Below the pieces are notes generated by a model. That model was not told where the DNA came from, ran no database searches, and saw nothing but the letters and a program-made list of their open reading frames with translations. Below are positions 53,544 through 61,218 of a DNA stretch of 61,218 nt, in pieces; within the stretch, counting starts at the first letter, position 1; every line of letters starts with the position of its first letter. The position numbers and the translations under genes are program-made. This stretch comes from Candidatus Omnitrophota bacterium (GTDB taxonomy: Bacteria; Omnitrophota; Gorgyraeia; JAFGHF01), in assembly GCA_042571705.1 (NCBI GenBank), contig JBHPFV010000006.1, forward strand, positions 1 through 61,218, read 5' to 3'.

Positions 53544-54832
53544 AGTCCCACCCTCCTGTAAATTTTGTCGATGTTGCGCAAATAATATTTATAATCAAAA
53601 CACTCATTAATTTCTTTAGTGTTTAAGTGTTTATTAATTTGGGCGTCGCGGCTGATCACATCCTTAAAATCCAAATCAGTTTCCCAGACTCGCGATGCGG
53701 CCTGCTGGACCAAATCGTAACTTTTGCTCCGCGGTACTTGCTTCTCCATTAAAGCCAGAAGCAGCCGCTGGGAAAAGATTAGCCCCCGGCTTTCGGCTAA
53801 ATTCTCTTGCATCTTCCGCGGATAGACAACCAGATTTTCCACAATCCAATGGGTCTTCTGCAGCATGTAGTCCAAAAGGATCGTGGAGTCAGGGATAATT
53901 ACCCGCTCAACAGAGGAGTGGCTGATATCCCTTTCGTGCCAAAGCGCAATATTTTCCAAGCCGGCCAGGGCATTAGCCCTTAAGATCCGGGCTAAGCCGC
54001 AAATCCGCTCACAGAGAATCGGATTGCGTTTATGGGGCATGGCGCTGGAGCCTTTTTGGGTCTTAGTAAACGGCTCTAAGGCCTCACCCACTTCAGTGCG
54101 CTGCAGGTGCCTGATTTCCTGGGCAAACCTTTCTAAACAAGCGCCGATCACCGCCAGAGAAAGAATAAACTGGGCGTGCCGGTCGCGGGGGATTACCTGA
54201 GTGGTGATGCTGGTTGGCTTGAGATTAAGTTTTTTACAGACATAGGCCTCGATAGAAGGATTAAGATGGACATAGGTGCCTACCGCGCCTGAGATTTTAG
54301 CGTAACTTAAGTTCGCTTGCGCGGCTTCTAAGACTTGCAGATTGCGCTTAAGTTCATCATAGAGCAGGGCCAGTTTTAAACCAAAGGTTACCGGCTCGGC
54401 GTGGATACCGTGGGTCCGGCCAACGCAAATTGTGCGCTTATGTTCACGGGCCCGCTTGGCGCAAACTTGAAGCAATTTTTTCAGGTCAGTGATTAAGATC
54501 TTAGCCGCGGCCCTTAAGTTCAGGGCCAAAACCGTATCTAAGAGGTCATTGGAAGTCAGGCCGACATGAAAATAGCGCGAATCTGTCCCGATAGTCTCTC
54601 CTACTTGGCGGACAAAGGCAATGATATCATGACGGGTCTTGTTCTCGATCTCTTGAATGCGCGCCAGATTAATCCTGGCCTTTTGTTTCATCCGCGTTAA
54701 GGCCCGCTTGGGGACCTTGCCTTCGCGGCTCTGGGCCTCACAAACTAAAAGTTCCACCTCAAGCATCTGGCGGAACTTATTCTGATCTTGCCAAATCTTT
54801 CCCATCTGGGGAAGCGTATATCTGTCTATCAT
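53540..54832 (-). CDS. purB: adenylosuccinate lyase
   Basis: 430 aa with [13 protein letters not shown] and [11 protein letters not shown]. Confidence 0.9.
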   Translation of the reverse strand: MIDRYTLPQMGKIWQDQNKFRQMLEVELLVCEAQSREGKVPKRALTRMKQKARINLARIQEIENKTRHDIIAFVRQVGETIGTDSRYFHVGLTSNDLLDTVLALNLRAAAKILITDLKKLLQVCAKRAREHKRTICVGRTHGIHAEPVTFGLKLALLYDELKRNLQVLEAAQANLSYAKISGAVGTYVHLNPSIEAYVCKKLNLKPTSITTQVIPRDRHAQFILSLAVIGACLERFAQEIRHLQRTEVGEALEPFTKTQKGSSAMPHKRNPILCERICGLARILRANALAGLENIALWHERDISHSSVERVIIPDSTILLDYMLQKTHWIVENLVVYPRKMQENLAESRGLIFSQRLLLALMEKQVPRSKSYDLVQQAASRVWETDLDFKDVISRDAQINKHLNTKEINECFDYKYYLRNIDKIYRRVGL

Positions 54833-54861
54833 CCCTTTAATACCTCCACTTTAGGGACATA

Positions 54862-54891
54862 ATTATACCAAATATGGTAGTCCACAGTCAA
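54862..54891 (-). promoter_or_regulatory. sigma70-like promoter (extended -10) for purB-purC-purM-purD-purE...
   Basis: The minus strand reads TTGACT (54886-54891), 18 nt, TGgTATAAT (-10 at 54862-54867). GGAGGT RBS before the purB ATG. Confidence 0.55.
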
Positions 54892-54920
54892 CGGAAATAA
54901 AATATACCCTTTATCTATCC

Positions 54921-54964
54921 TTCGAAAAAGAAAAGCCTTTCTGTTGTTAGAACAGAAGGCTTTT
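54921..54964 (-). terminator. intrinsic terminator after tRNA-fMet
   Basis: The minus strand reads AAAAGCCUUCUGUU-CUAAC-AACAGAAAGGCUUUU followed by CUUUUU. About a 14-bp stem with one bulge, then a U-tract. Confidence 0.6.
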
Positions 54965-54976
54965 CTTCACTGTATA

Positions 54977-55053
54977 TGGTAGCGGGGGCCCGATTCGAAC
55001 GGGCGACCTCAAGGTTATGAGCCTTGCGAGCTACCGGGCTGCTCCACCCCGCG
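54977..55053 (-). tRNA. initiator tRNA-fMet (anticodon CAU), CCA encoded
   Basis: The reverse complement CGCGGGGTGGAGCAGCCCGGTAGCTCGCAAGGCTCATAACCTTGAGGTCGCCCGTTCGAATCGGGCCCCCGCTACCA is nearly collinear with E. coli tRNA-fMet. C1xU72 mismatch and A11:U24 are present. Confidence 0.9.
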
Positions 55054-55073
55054 CTATTTCTAAAAAAACGGTG

Positions 55074-55457
55074 TTACTCTGTTCTCTCGCTGCTTAAGAA
55101 TTGCTTGAATTTATCCTCAAAATCCGAAGACTTAAATCCGGAACCACCCGTCTTTAAACCAGCTTGCTGAGTCTTAAGTTTAGGTTTTTTAGCTGTGCTT
55201 TTAGTCTCTTGTAATTTCAGGCTTAAGTCAATCTTTTTGCCGGGCCCGAGCTTGACCACCTTGGCCTTGAGCTTATCGCCAATTTTTAAGTGTTCCTCAA
55301 CGCTCTTGACAAAACTGTTGGCAATTTGGGAAATGTGGATTAAGCCAAGGGCGCGTCCGTCAATTTTAGCAAAGGCACCAAAGTCAGTAAGCCTGGTGAC
55401 TTCCACTTCAACTATATCGCCTAAATTAAGTTTCTGATTTGTTTCCATAAGATGCAA
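55074..55457 (-). CDS. S1 RNA-binding domain protein (YugI/GSP13-like)
   Basis: 127 aa with GDIVEVEVTRLTDFGAFAKIDGRALGLIHISQI. Confidence 0.8.
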   Translation of the reverse strand: MHLMETNQKLNLGDIVEVEVTRLTDFGAFAKIDGRALGLIHISQIANSFVKSVEEHLKIGDKLKAKVVKLGPGKKIDLSLKLQETKSTAKKPKLKTQQAGLKTGGSGFKSSDFEDKFKQFLSSERTE

Positions 55458-55460
55458 ACG

Positions 55461-57046
<1,586 letters not shown>

Positions 57047-57047
57047 C

Positions 57048-58451
57048 CTATTTTTTCACCAGTTTCTGGCCTAGCCGCAGCAAGTCCTGGAGCTTAGGCT
57101 TTGAGCTGGCCTCACAATAACACCTGATTACCGGCTCAGTGCCGCTGACTCGAAACATCAGCCAGCTGCGGTCGGTAAAAATGAACTTATGTCCATCGCT
57201 TCCATTGAAGCTGCTTAAGCGCCGGCCCAACAGCGTCTGGCCTTGGGCGAGCGCCTTGATTCTATTTGTAAAACTTAATTTTTCTTTTTCCGTAATCCGA
57301 ATATCGGATCTGGCGCTAAAGTGAGGGCCTACTTCCCGATACAACTGCTTAAGCAGCTGGCCTAACGACTTCTTCTCTATAGCTATTAGCTCAGCGATTA
57401 AAAGACAGGCCAAAATACCGTCTTTTTCCGGGATATGGCCGGCGATAGAAAGACCGCCGGACTCTTCTCCGCCAATTAAACAATCGCCCCGGGCAATCTC
57501 CTGACCAATATACTTAAAACCTACGAACGTCTCCACCAGCTGATAACCGTACTTTTGGGCTAAGGCATCCATCATATGAGTGGTGGCTAAAGTACGGGCC
57601 ACTGTTTTTTGTCTGGGCCGGGTGTTGATTAAATGATAAGTGAGTAAGCTGAGTGCTTGGTTGGCGCTAATGTAGCTGCCGTCGCGATCAACAATGCCAA
57701 ACCGGTCAGCGTCACCATCTAAAGCCAACCCCAAATGCAGGCGCTTTTTTCTAACCAGCTGAATCAATTCTTGCAGTTGCCTCGATTCCGGCTCCGGAGA
57801 AAATCCGCCAAAGGAGGGATCCAGATAATCATGCAAAAGCTCAAGCCTGCATCCGGCGCTTCTTAGCACCTGGTCCAGATAACCGCGCCCGGTGCCGTAT
57901 AAAAAATCCAGGCCGATTTTTAGCCGGGCCCGGCGAATCGCGGCTAAATTAACGATTTTTTTCAGGCGCTTTAAATATCCCGGCCGGGGATCAAATAAGT
58001 TAATCCTGGCCTTAAGCTTGGCTGCGGGCAAATTTTGGCTTTGAATATTGCGCTCGATCTGGCTGGTAACATCGATTGACGCCGGCCCACCGTAAGCAGG
58101 TGAGAATTTAATCCCTGAATATTCCGGCGGGTTGTGGCTAGCCGTAATATTTATGCCTCCGGCGGTCTTTTTGGCCAAGATCTGATCAGCGATTGCGGGA
58201 GTTGGGGTGTCGCGGGAAGTCAAAAATACCTTAATATTATACTCGGCTAAAGTGGCTGCCGCGGCGTGGGCAAATTCTTTAGAAAGAAACCTGGTGTCGT
58301 AACCAACAATGATCCCTTTATGCTGTAAGTGCTCGCTCTTAATATACTTGGCTATGGCAGAAGTCACTTTACGCAGATTGGCAAAAGTAAACTCATCGGC
58401 AATAATCGCCCGCCAGCCGGAAGTACCAAACTTAATTTGCATCTGAAGCAA
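57048..58451 (-). CDS. phosphoglucomutase/phosphomannomutase (alpha-D-phosphohexomutase)
   Basis: 467 aa with the active-site loop TASHNPPEYSGIKF and GDADR metal loop. Confidence 0.85.
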   Translation of the reverse strand: MLQMQIKFGTSGWRAIIADEFTFANLRKVTSAIAKYIKSEHLQHKGIIVGYDTRFLSKEFAHAAAATLAEYNIKVFLTSRDTPTPAIADQILAKKTAGGINITASHNPPEYSGIKFSPAYGGPASIDVTSQIERNIQSQNLPAAKLKARINLFDPRPGYLKRLKKIVNLAAIRRARLKIGLDFLYGTGRGYLDQVLRSAGCRLELLHDYLDPSFGGFSPEPESRQLQELIQLVRKKRLHLGLALDGDADRFGIVDRDGSYISANQALSLLTYHLINTRPRQKTVARTLATTHMMDALAQKYGYQLVETFVGFKYIGQEIARGDCLIGGEESGGLSIAGHIPEKDGILACLLIAELIAIEKKSLGQLLKQLYREVGPHFSARSDIRITEKEKLSFTNRIKALAQGQTLLGRRLSSFNGSDGHKFIFTDRSWLMFRVSGTEPVIRCYCEASSKPKLQDLLRLGQKLVKK

Positions 58452-59043
58452 CCTTGACCTTGCGTCCTGTTATCTTGAGCTTGCCTTCTACAAATAACTT
58501 GACTGCCTGGGGATAAAGTTGGTGCTCAATTTGATGAATCCGGGCAGCCAGGGTTTCTTCGCTGTCATCATCGCAGATCTCTATGGGCCGCTGTAAGATA
58601 ATCGGCCCCTGATCCATTTCGGCGTCCACAAAATGCACAGTTACCCCGGTCAGCTTGACCCCATAATCTAAGGCGTCTTTTATTCCCTGCGTACCTTTAA
58701 AAGCCGGCAGCAGCGCCGGATGAATATTTAATATTTTATTTTGATATTTTTTCACGAACTCAGGGCCCACCAAGCGCATATATCCGGCCAGACAGATTAA
58801 TTCCACATTTTCTTTTTCTAAATTTTTGATAATCTCGGCTTCGTATTCGGCTTTAGAGCTAAAATTGTCACGCTCAATGAGCAGACCCTTAATGCCTTCG
58901 GTCTTAGCCCGCTGGAGGGCCTGGGCGCCGGGCTGATCGCAAACCATCAAAGCGATATTGGCTTTAATCTCGCCACGCTTAACGCTGTCAACGATGGCCT
59001 GAAAGTTGCTGCCATTGCCAGAGCAAAATACCGCAATATTCAT
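58432..59043 (-). CDS. purN: phosphoribosylglycinamide formyltransferase
   Basis: Start moved to the ATG at 59041-59043 (MNIAVFCSGNGSNFQAI), which has GAGGTGG upstream. NIHPALLPAFKG is present. The track's 58-aa N-terminal extension reads through repeat module H. Confidence 0.9.
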   Translation of the reverse strand: MNIAVFCSGNGSNFQAIVDSVKRGEIKANIALMVCDQPGAQALQRAKTEGIKGLLIERDNFSSKAEYEAEIIKNLEKENVELICLAGYMRLVGPEFVKKYQNKILNIHPALLPAFKGTQGIKDALDYGVKLTGVTVHFVDAEMDQGPIILQRPIEICDDDSEETLAARIHQIEHQLYPQAVKLFVEGKLKITGRKVKVASDAN

Positions 59044-59092
59044 ATTTCCCACCTCGCTTTTGGCACTACTAGATTGGCTACTCGCCAGCTGC

Positions 59093-59159
59093 TGCTTGCG
59101 CACTCCCCTTCGGGGAGGCTTGAACCTGCAGGTTATATAAGGCCAAGGCTTAGCAACCA
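59093..59159 (-). repeat. intergenic module H, copy D
   Basis: tgcttgcgcactccccttcggggaggcttgaacctgcaggttaTataaggccaaggcttagcaacca. 59093-59143 is 50/51 identical to 33593-33643, and 59119-59159 matches 46689-46742. The last 10 nt overlap the rnfB stop. Confidence 0.9.
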
Positions 59160-59938
59160 ATAATCGTTTTTCGGGGACAGGCTTGGACACATTCGCCGCA
59201 ACCGGTACATTTATCATAATCGATTACGGCCAAATTATCAATTACTTTTACCGCTTCAACCGGACAGACTTTTTCGCACTTTTTGCAGGCAATGCAACCA
59301 ACGCCACATGAAGCCACCACAATTTTGGCTGGATCGTGTGAATTACAGCCTATATATACCTTGGCCTTGGCCGGCAAAAGGTTTAACAGCGCGCGCGGAC
59401 AGGCGGCCACACACTTTCCGCAAGCAGTGCAGGCGCCAGCATTAATTTCCGGCAACCCTTGAGAATTCATCGTAATCGCATCAAAAGGACAGGCCTTCTG
59501 GCAATTACCAAAACCTAAACAGGCGTAACGGCAGAGTTTTTGTCCGCCCAGGGCAAGGGAAGCGGCCTGACAATCAGCCAGGCCCTGATAAATGAATTTG
59601 TCCTTAGCCTTTTTACCGCCGTGGCAATGCAGGGTGGCCAGTTGTTTCTCTGTAGTGGCAAGCTCAACGCCTAAGATCCCGGCTATCTTGGCCGCATCCT
59701 CGAGAGAACAAGCCTTACAGCTTTCCACCAGCACCTTTCCTTGGGCTAAGTCATCGGCGAACTGCGCGCATCCGGCCTTGCCACAGGCACCGCAATTGGC
59801 TCCGGGAAGCTCGGCCAGAATCTGTTTTATCCTCGGATCTTGGGTAACCGCGAATTTCTTCGAGGCAAAAGTCAGTACCAGCCCAAAGAATAATCCTAAT
59901 CCGGTCAAGGTCAATATCGGCGGTAAAAACTGAGTCAT
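59150..59938 (-). CDS. rnfB: Rnf complex subunit B (polyferredoxin)
   Basis: 262 aa with an N-terminal TM and several 4Fe-4S motifs (CTACGKCVAACP, CIACKKCEKVCP, CTGCGECVQACP). Confidence 0.85.
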   Translation of the reverse strand: MTQFLPPILTLTGLGLFFGLVLTFASKKFAVTQDPRIKQILAELPGANCGACGKAGCAQFADDLAQGKVLVESCKACSLEDAAKIAGILGVELATTEKQLATLHCHGGKKAKDKFIYQGLADCQAASLALGGQKLCRYACLGFGNCQKACPFDAITMNSQGLPEINAGACTACGKCVAACPRALLNLLPAKAKVYIGCNSHDPAKIVVASCGVGCIACKKCEKVCPVEAVKVIDNLAVIDYDKCTGCGECVQACPRKTIIGC

Positions 59939-59961
59939 CTATTTTATCCTCTCAACCGTCA

Positions 59962-60570
59962 TTAAAACTTAAATCCGGCAAAGCCCATAAAGGCCAAAGA
60001 CAAAAGTGAGGCCACGACAAAGGCTATGGGTATACCTTTTAAAGATTCAGGCACATCCAAAAGCTCAAGCCGCTCCCTGATACCCGACATTAAAAGCATG
60101 GCCAACAAAAATCCTAAACCGGCACAAAAGCCCTGGAATACCGCGTAGAAGAAACTCGCCGGAACGGCCTGACCATTTTTAAAAAAAATATTTACATTTA
60201 AGACAGTTACACCCAAAACCGCGCAATTGGTGGTAATCAGCGGAAGGTAAACCCCTAAGGCGCGATAAAGAGCGGGGTTGGTCTTTAAAATAATCATCTC
60301 CACCAGCTGGACAAAACTGGCAATGACTAGAATAAAGGAAATGGTCCTTAAAAATTCAATATGGTAAGGCACCAATAAGAAATTATAGATGCACCAAGTG
60401 ATCATTGCCGAAAGCGTCATCACAAAGATAACCGCAAAGCCCATACTTAAGGCCGGTCCGGTTTTTTTAGAGACGCCGATAAACGGGCAAAGTCCCAAGA
60501 ACTTAAACAGGATAAAGTTGTTGATAAAGATGTTGCCGATAATTATCGAGAGCAACAAACTCAAATCCAT
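59962..60570 (-). CDS. rnfA: Rnf complex subunit A
   Basis: 202 aa with 6 TMs, a typical RnfA/NqrE sequence, and a paralogous relationship to the next gene. Confidence 0.9.
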   Translation of the reverse strand: MDLSLLLSIIIGNIFINNFILFKFLGLCPFIGVSKKTGPALSMGFAVIFVMTLSAMITWCIYNFLLVPYHIEFLRTISFILVIASFVQLVEMIILKTNPALYRALGVYLPLITTNCAVLGVTVLNVNIFFKNGQAVPASFFYAVFQGFCAGLGFLLAMLLMSGIRERLELLDVPESLKGIPIAFVVASLLSLAFMGFAGFKF

Positions 60571-60571
60571 A

Positions 60572-61180
60572 TTACTTCCTCTTGAATATCAAGTTGGAGA
60601 GGGCGAGTAAAAGGCCTAACACTAGCAGCGCGCCGGGGGCCAGGGCTAAAGTCAATACCGGCTGATAGCCAGGGACCAGCACATAACCAAACAGGCGCCC
60701 TGCGCCAATCGACTCGCGAATCGCCGAAACCAAGACTAGCCCTAAGGTAAAACCTGCACCCATGCCTAAGGCATCGAACAAAGAACTCGACACTGTGTGT
60801 TTGGCGGCAAAGGCCTCGGCCCGGCACATGATAATGCAATTAACCACAATCAAGGGCACAAAGATACCTAGCTGTTTACTCAGCGCCGGAAAATAGGCCG
60901 CCATCACTAACTCGACAATGGTCACGAAGGTAGCGATAATCACAATAAAACAAGGGATCCTGATCTTGTGCGGGATCAGGCGGCGAATGGCCGAGATCAT
61001 CACGTTGGAGCCGATCAAAACAAAAGTTGCCGCCGCGCCCATGCCTAAGCCGTTAATTACTGAGGTCGAGACGGCCAGCGCCGGACAAAGCCCTAGGGCC
61101 AAGCCAAAAATCGGATTCTCCTTATGAATCCCCTTACTAAACTCTTGAAATAACTTTTTCATATGCGAGCTGTTTTTCAT
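60572..61180 (-). CDS. rnfE: Rnf complex subunit E
   Basis: 202 aa with NPIFGLALGLCPALAVS typical of RnfE/NqrD. The start could instead be the ATG at 61160-61162. Confidence 0.85.
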   Translation of the reverse strand: MKNSSHMKKLFQEFSKGIHKENPIFGLALGLCPALAVSTSVINGLGMGAAATFVLIGSNVMISAIRRLIPHKIRIPCFIVIIATFVTIVELVMAAYFPALSKQLGIFVPLIVVNCIIMCRAEAFAAKHTVSSSLFDALGMGAGFTLGLVLVSAIRESIGAGRLFGYVLVPGYQPVLTLALAPGALLVLGLLLALSNLIFKRK

Positions 61181-61218
61181 TTAAATGCTGGTGGGCGGCT
61201 AAGCGGCCATCAGCAATT
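61137..61218 (-). CDS. rnfG: 3' end of an upstream gene, probably rnfG (inferred from rnfCDGEAB order only)
   Basis: An open frame enters from the right edge (...IADGRLAAHQHLNEKQLAYEKVISRV) and stops at TAG 61137-61139, overlapping the rnfE start. It is too short to recognise by sequence. Confidence 0.3.
   Translation of the reverse strand, partial: IADGRLAAHQHLNEKQLAYEKVISRV

Noticed and set aside
59119-59140. Integron attC-like site (AAC...GTT inverted cores in cttgAACctgcagGTTatat)
   Set aside because: The cores do not fit RYYYAAC/GTTRRRY (GTTATAT, GTTACAT). There is no integrase or attI, and the flanking genes are core housekeeping genes rather than cassettes.
59044-59217. 58-aa N-terminal extension of purN in the ORF track (MINVPVAANV...)
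   Set aside because: It reads straight through repeat module H. The internal ATG at 59043 has a GAGGTGG SD and gives the canonical MNIAVFCSGNGSN start. Similar trimming was applied to purD, nadE, the REC-EAL gene, the phosphatase and the frameshifted secreted-protein gene.
60561-60839. 92-aa ORF overlapping rnfE/rnfA out of frame
   Set aside because: It is an Arg/Cys-rich shadow ORF inside a clearly recognisable RnfE gene.

Overview
This is a dense, mostly housekeeping chromosomal segment from a diderm (LPS-making) bacterium, probably an uncultivated lineage. All calls rest on motif and family recognition by eye; no searches were run and coordinates were counted by hand. About 65 protein genes and 3 tRNAs are supported. 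From about 12.5 kb to the right edge nearly every gene is on the minus strand, often with 4-nt start/stop overlaps.

Gene content, left to right:
- Two secreted hypotheticals, one of them frameshifted.
- A REC / REC-EAL / PAS histidine kinase set.
- tRNA-Lys, then frr-pyrH-tsf-rpsB.
- msbA, divergent from a Gfo/Idh/MocA oxidoreductase and lpxB.
- A glutamine synthetase with an N-terminal HTH.
- nadE, a DUF1846 protein and an AEC transporter.
- A long operon: dnaB-bamA-skp-lpxD-lpxC/fabZ-lpxA-lpxI, followed by a membrane protein, a Tat-signal radical SAM enzyme and a fused membrane/spermidine-synthase protein.
- rpsF-ssb-rpsR-rplI, then spoVG, tRNA-Gln, glmU, prs, rplY and pth.
- Split transketolase and ispE, hisG, an unannotated 29-aa bS22-like gene, and a TPR protein.
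- ppiD (plus strand), a second radical SAM paralog, and a cutA / tRNA-binding / zinc-ribbon trio.
- A UvrD-type helicase fused to an iron-sulfur PD-(D/E)XK nuclease.
- nrdR, dCMP deaminase, glyA, rpiB, a low-molecular-weight phosphatase and tsaC.
- purE, purD, purM, purC, purB and tRNA-fMet.
- An S1-domain protein, ftsB, eno, a phosphohexomutase, purN and rnf(G)EAB.

No transposase, integrase, CRISPR array, rRNA or recognisable defence system was seen.

What gene calls do not explain:
1. A mosaic family of conserved, hairpin-rich intergenic modules recurs at 8 or more loci. It sits in the same orientation relative to the downstream gene at all but one locus.
2. Two 61-nt inverted repeats (57/61 identical) exactly bracket a three-gene cassette.
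3. The HTH-glutamine synthetase fusion carries palindromic operators on its own near-consensus promoter.
4. A Tat-signal radical SAM enzyme and a polytopic aminopropyltransferase are appended to the lipid A operon.
5. SpoVG carries an inserted zinc ribbon and a 15-bp x4 tandem repeat.
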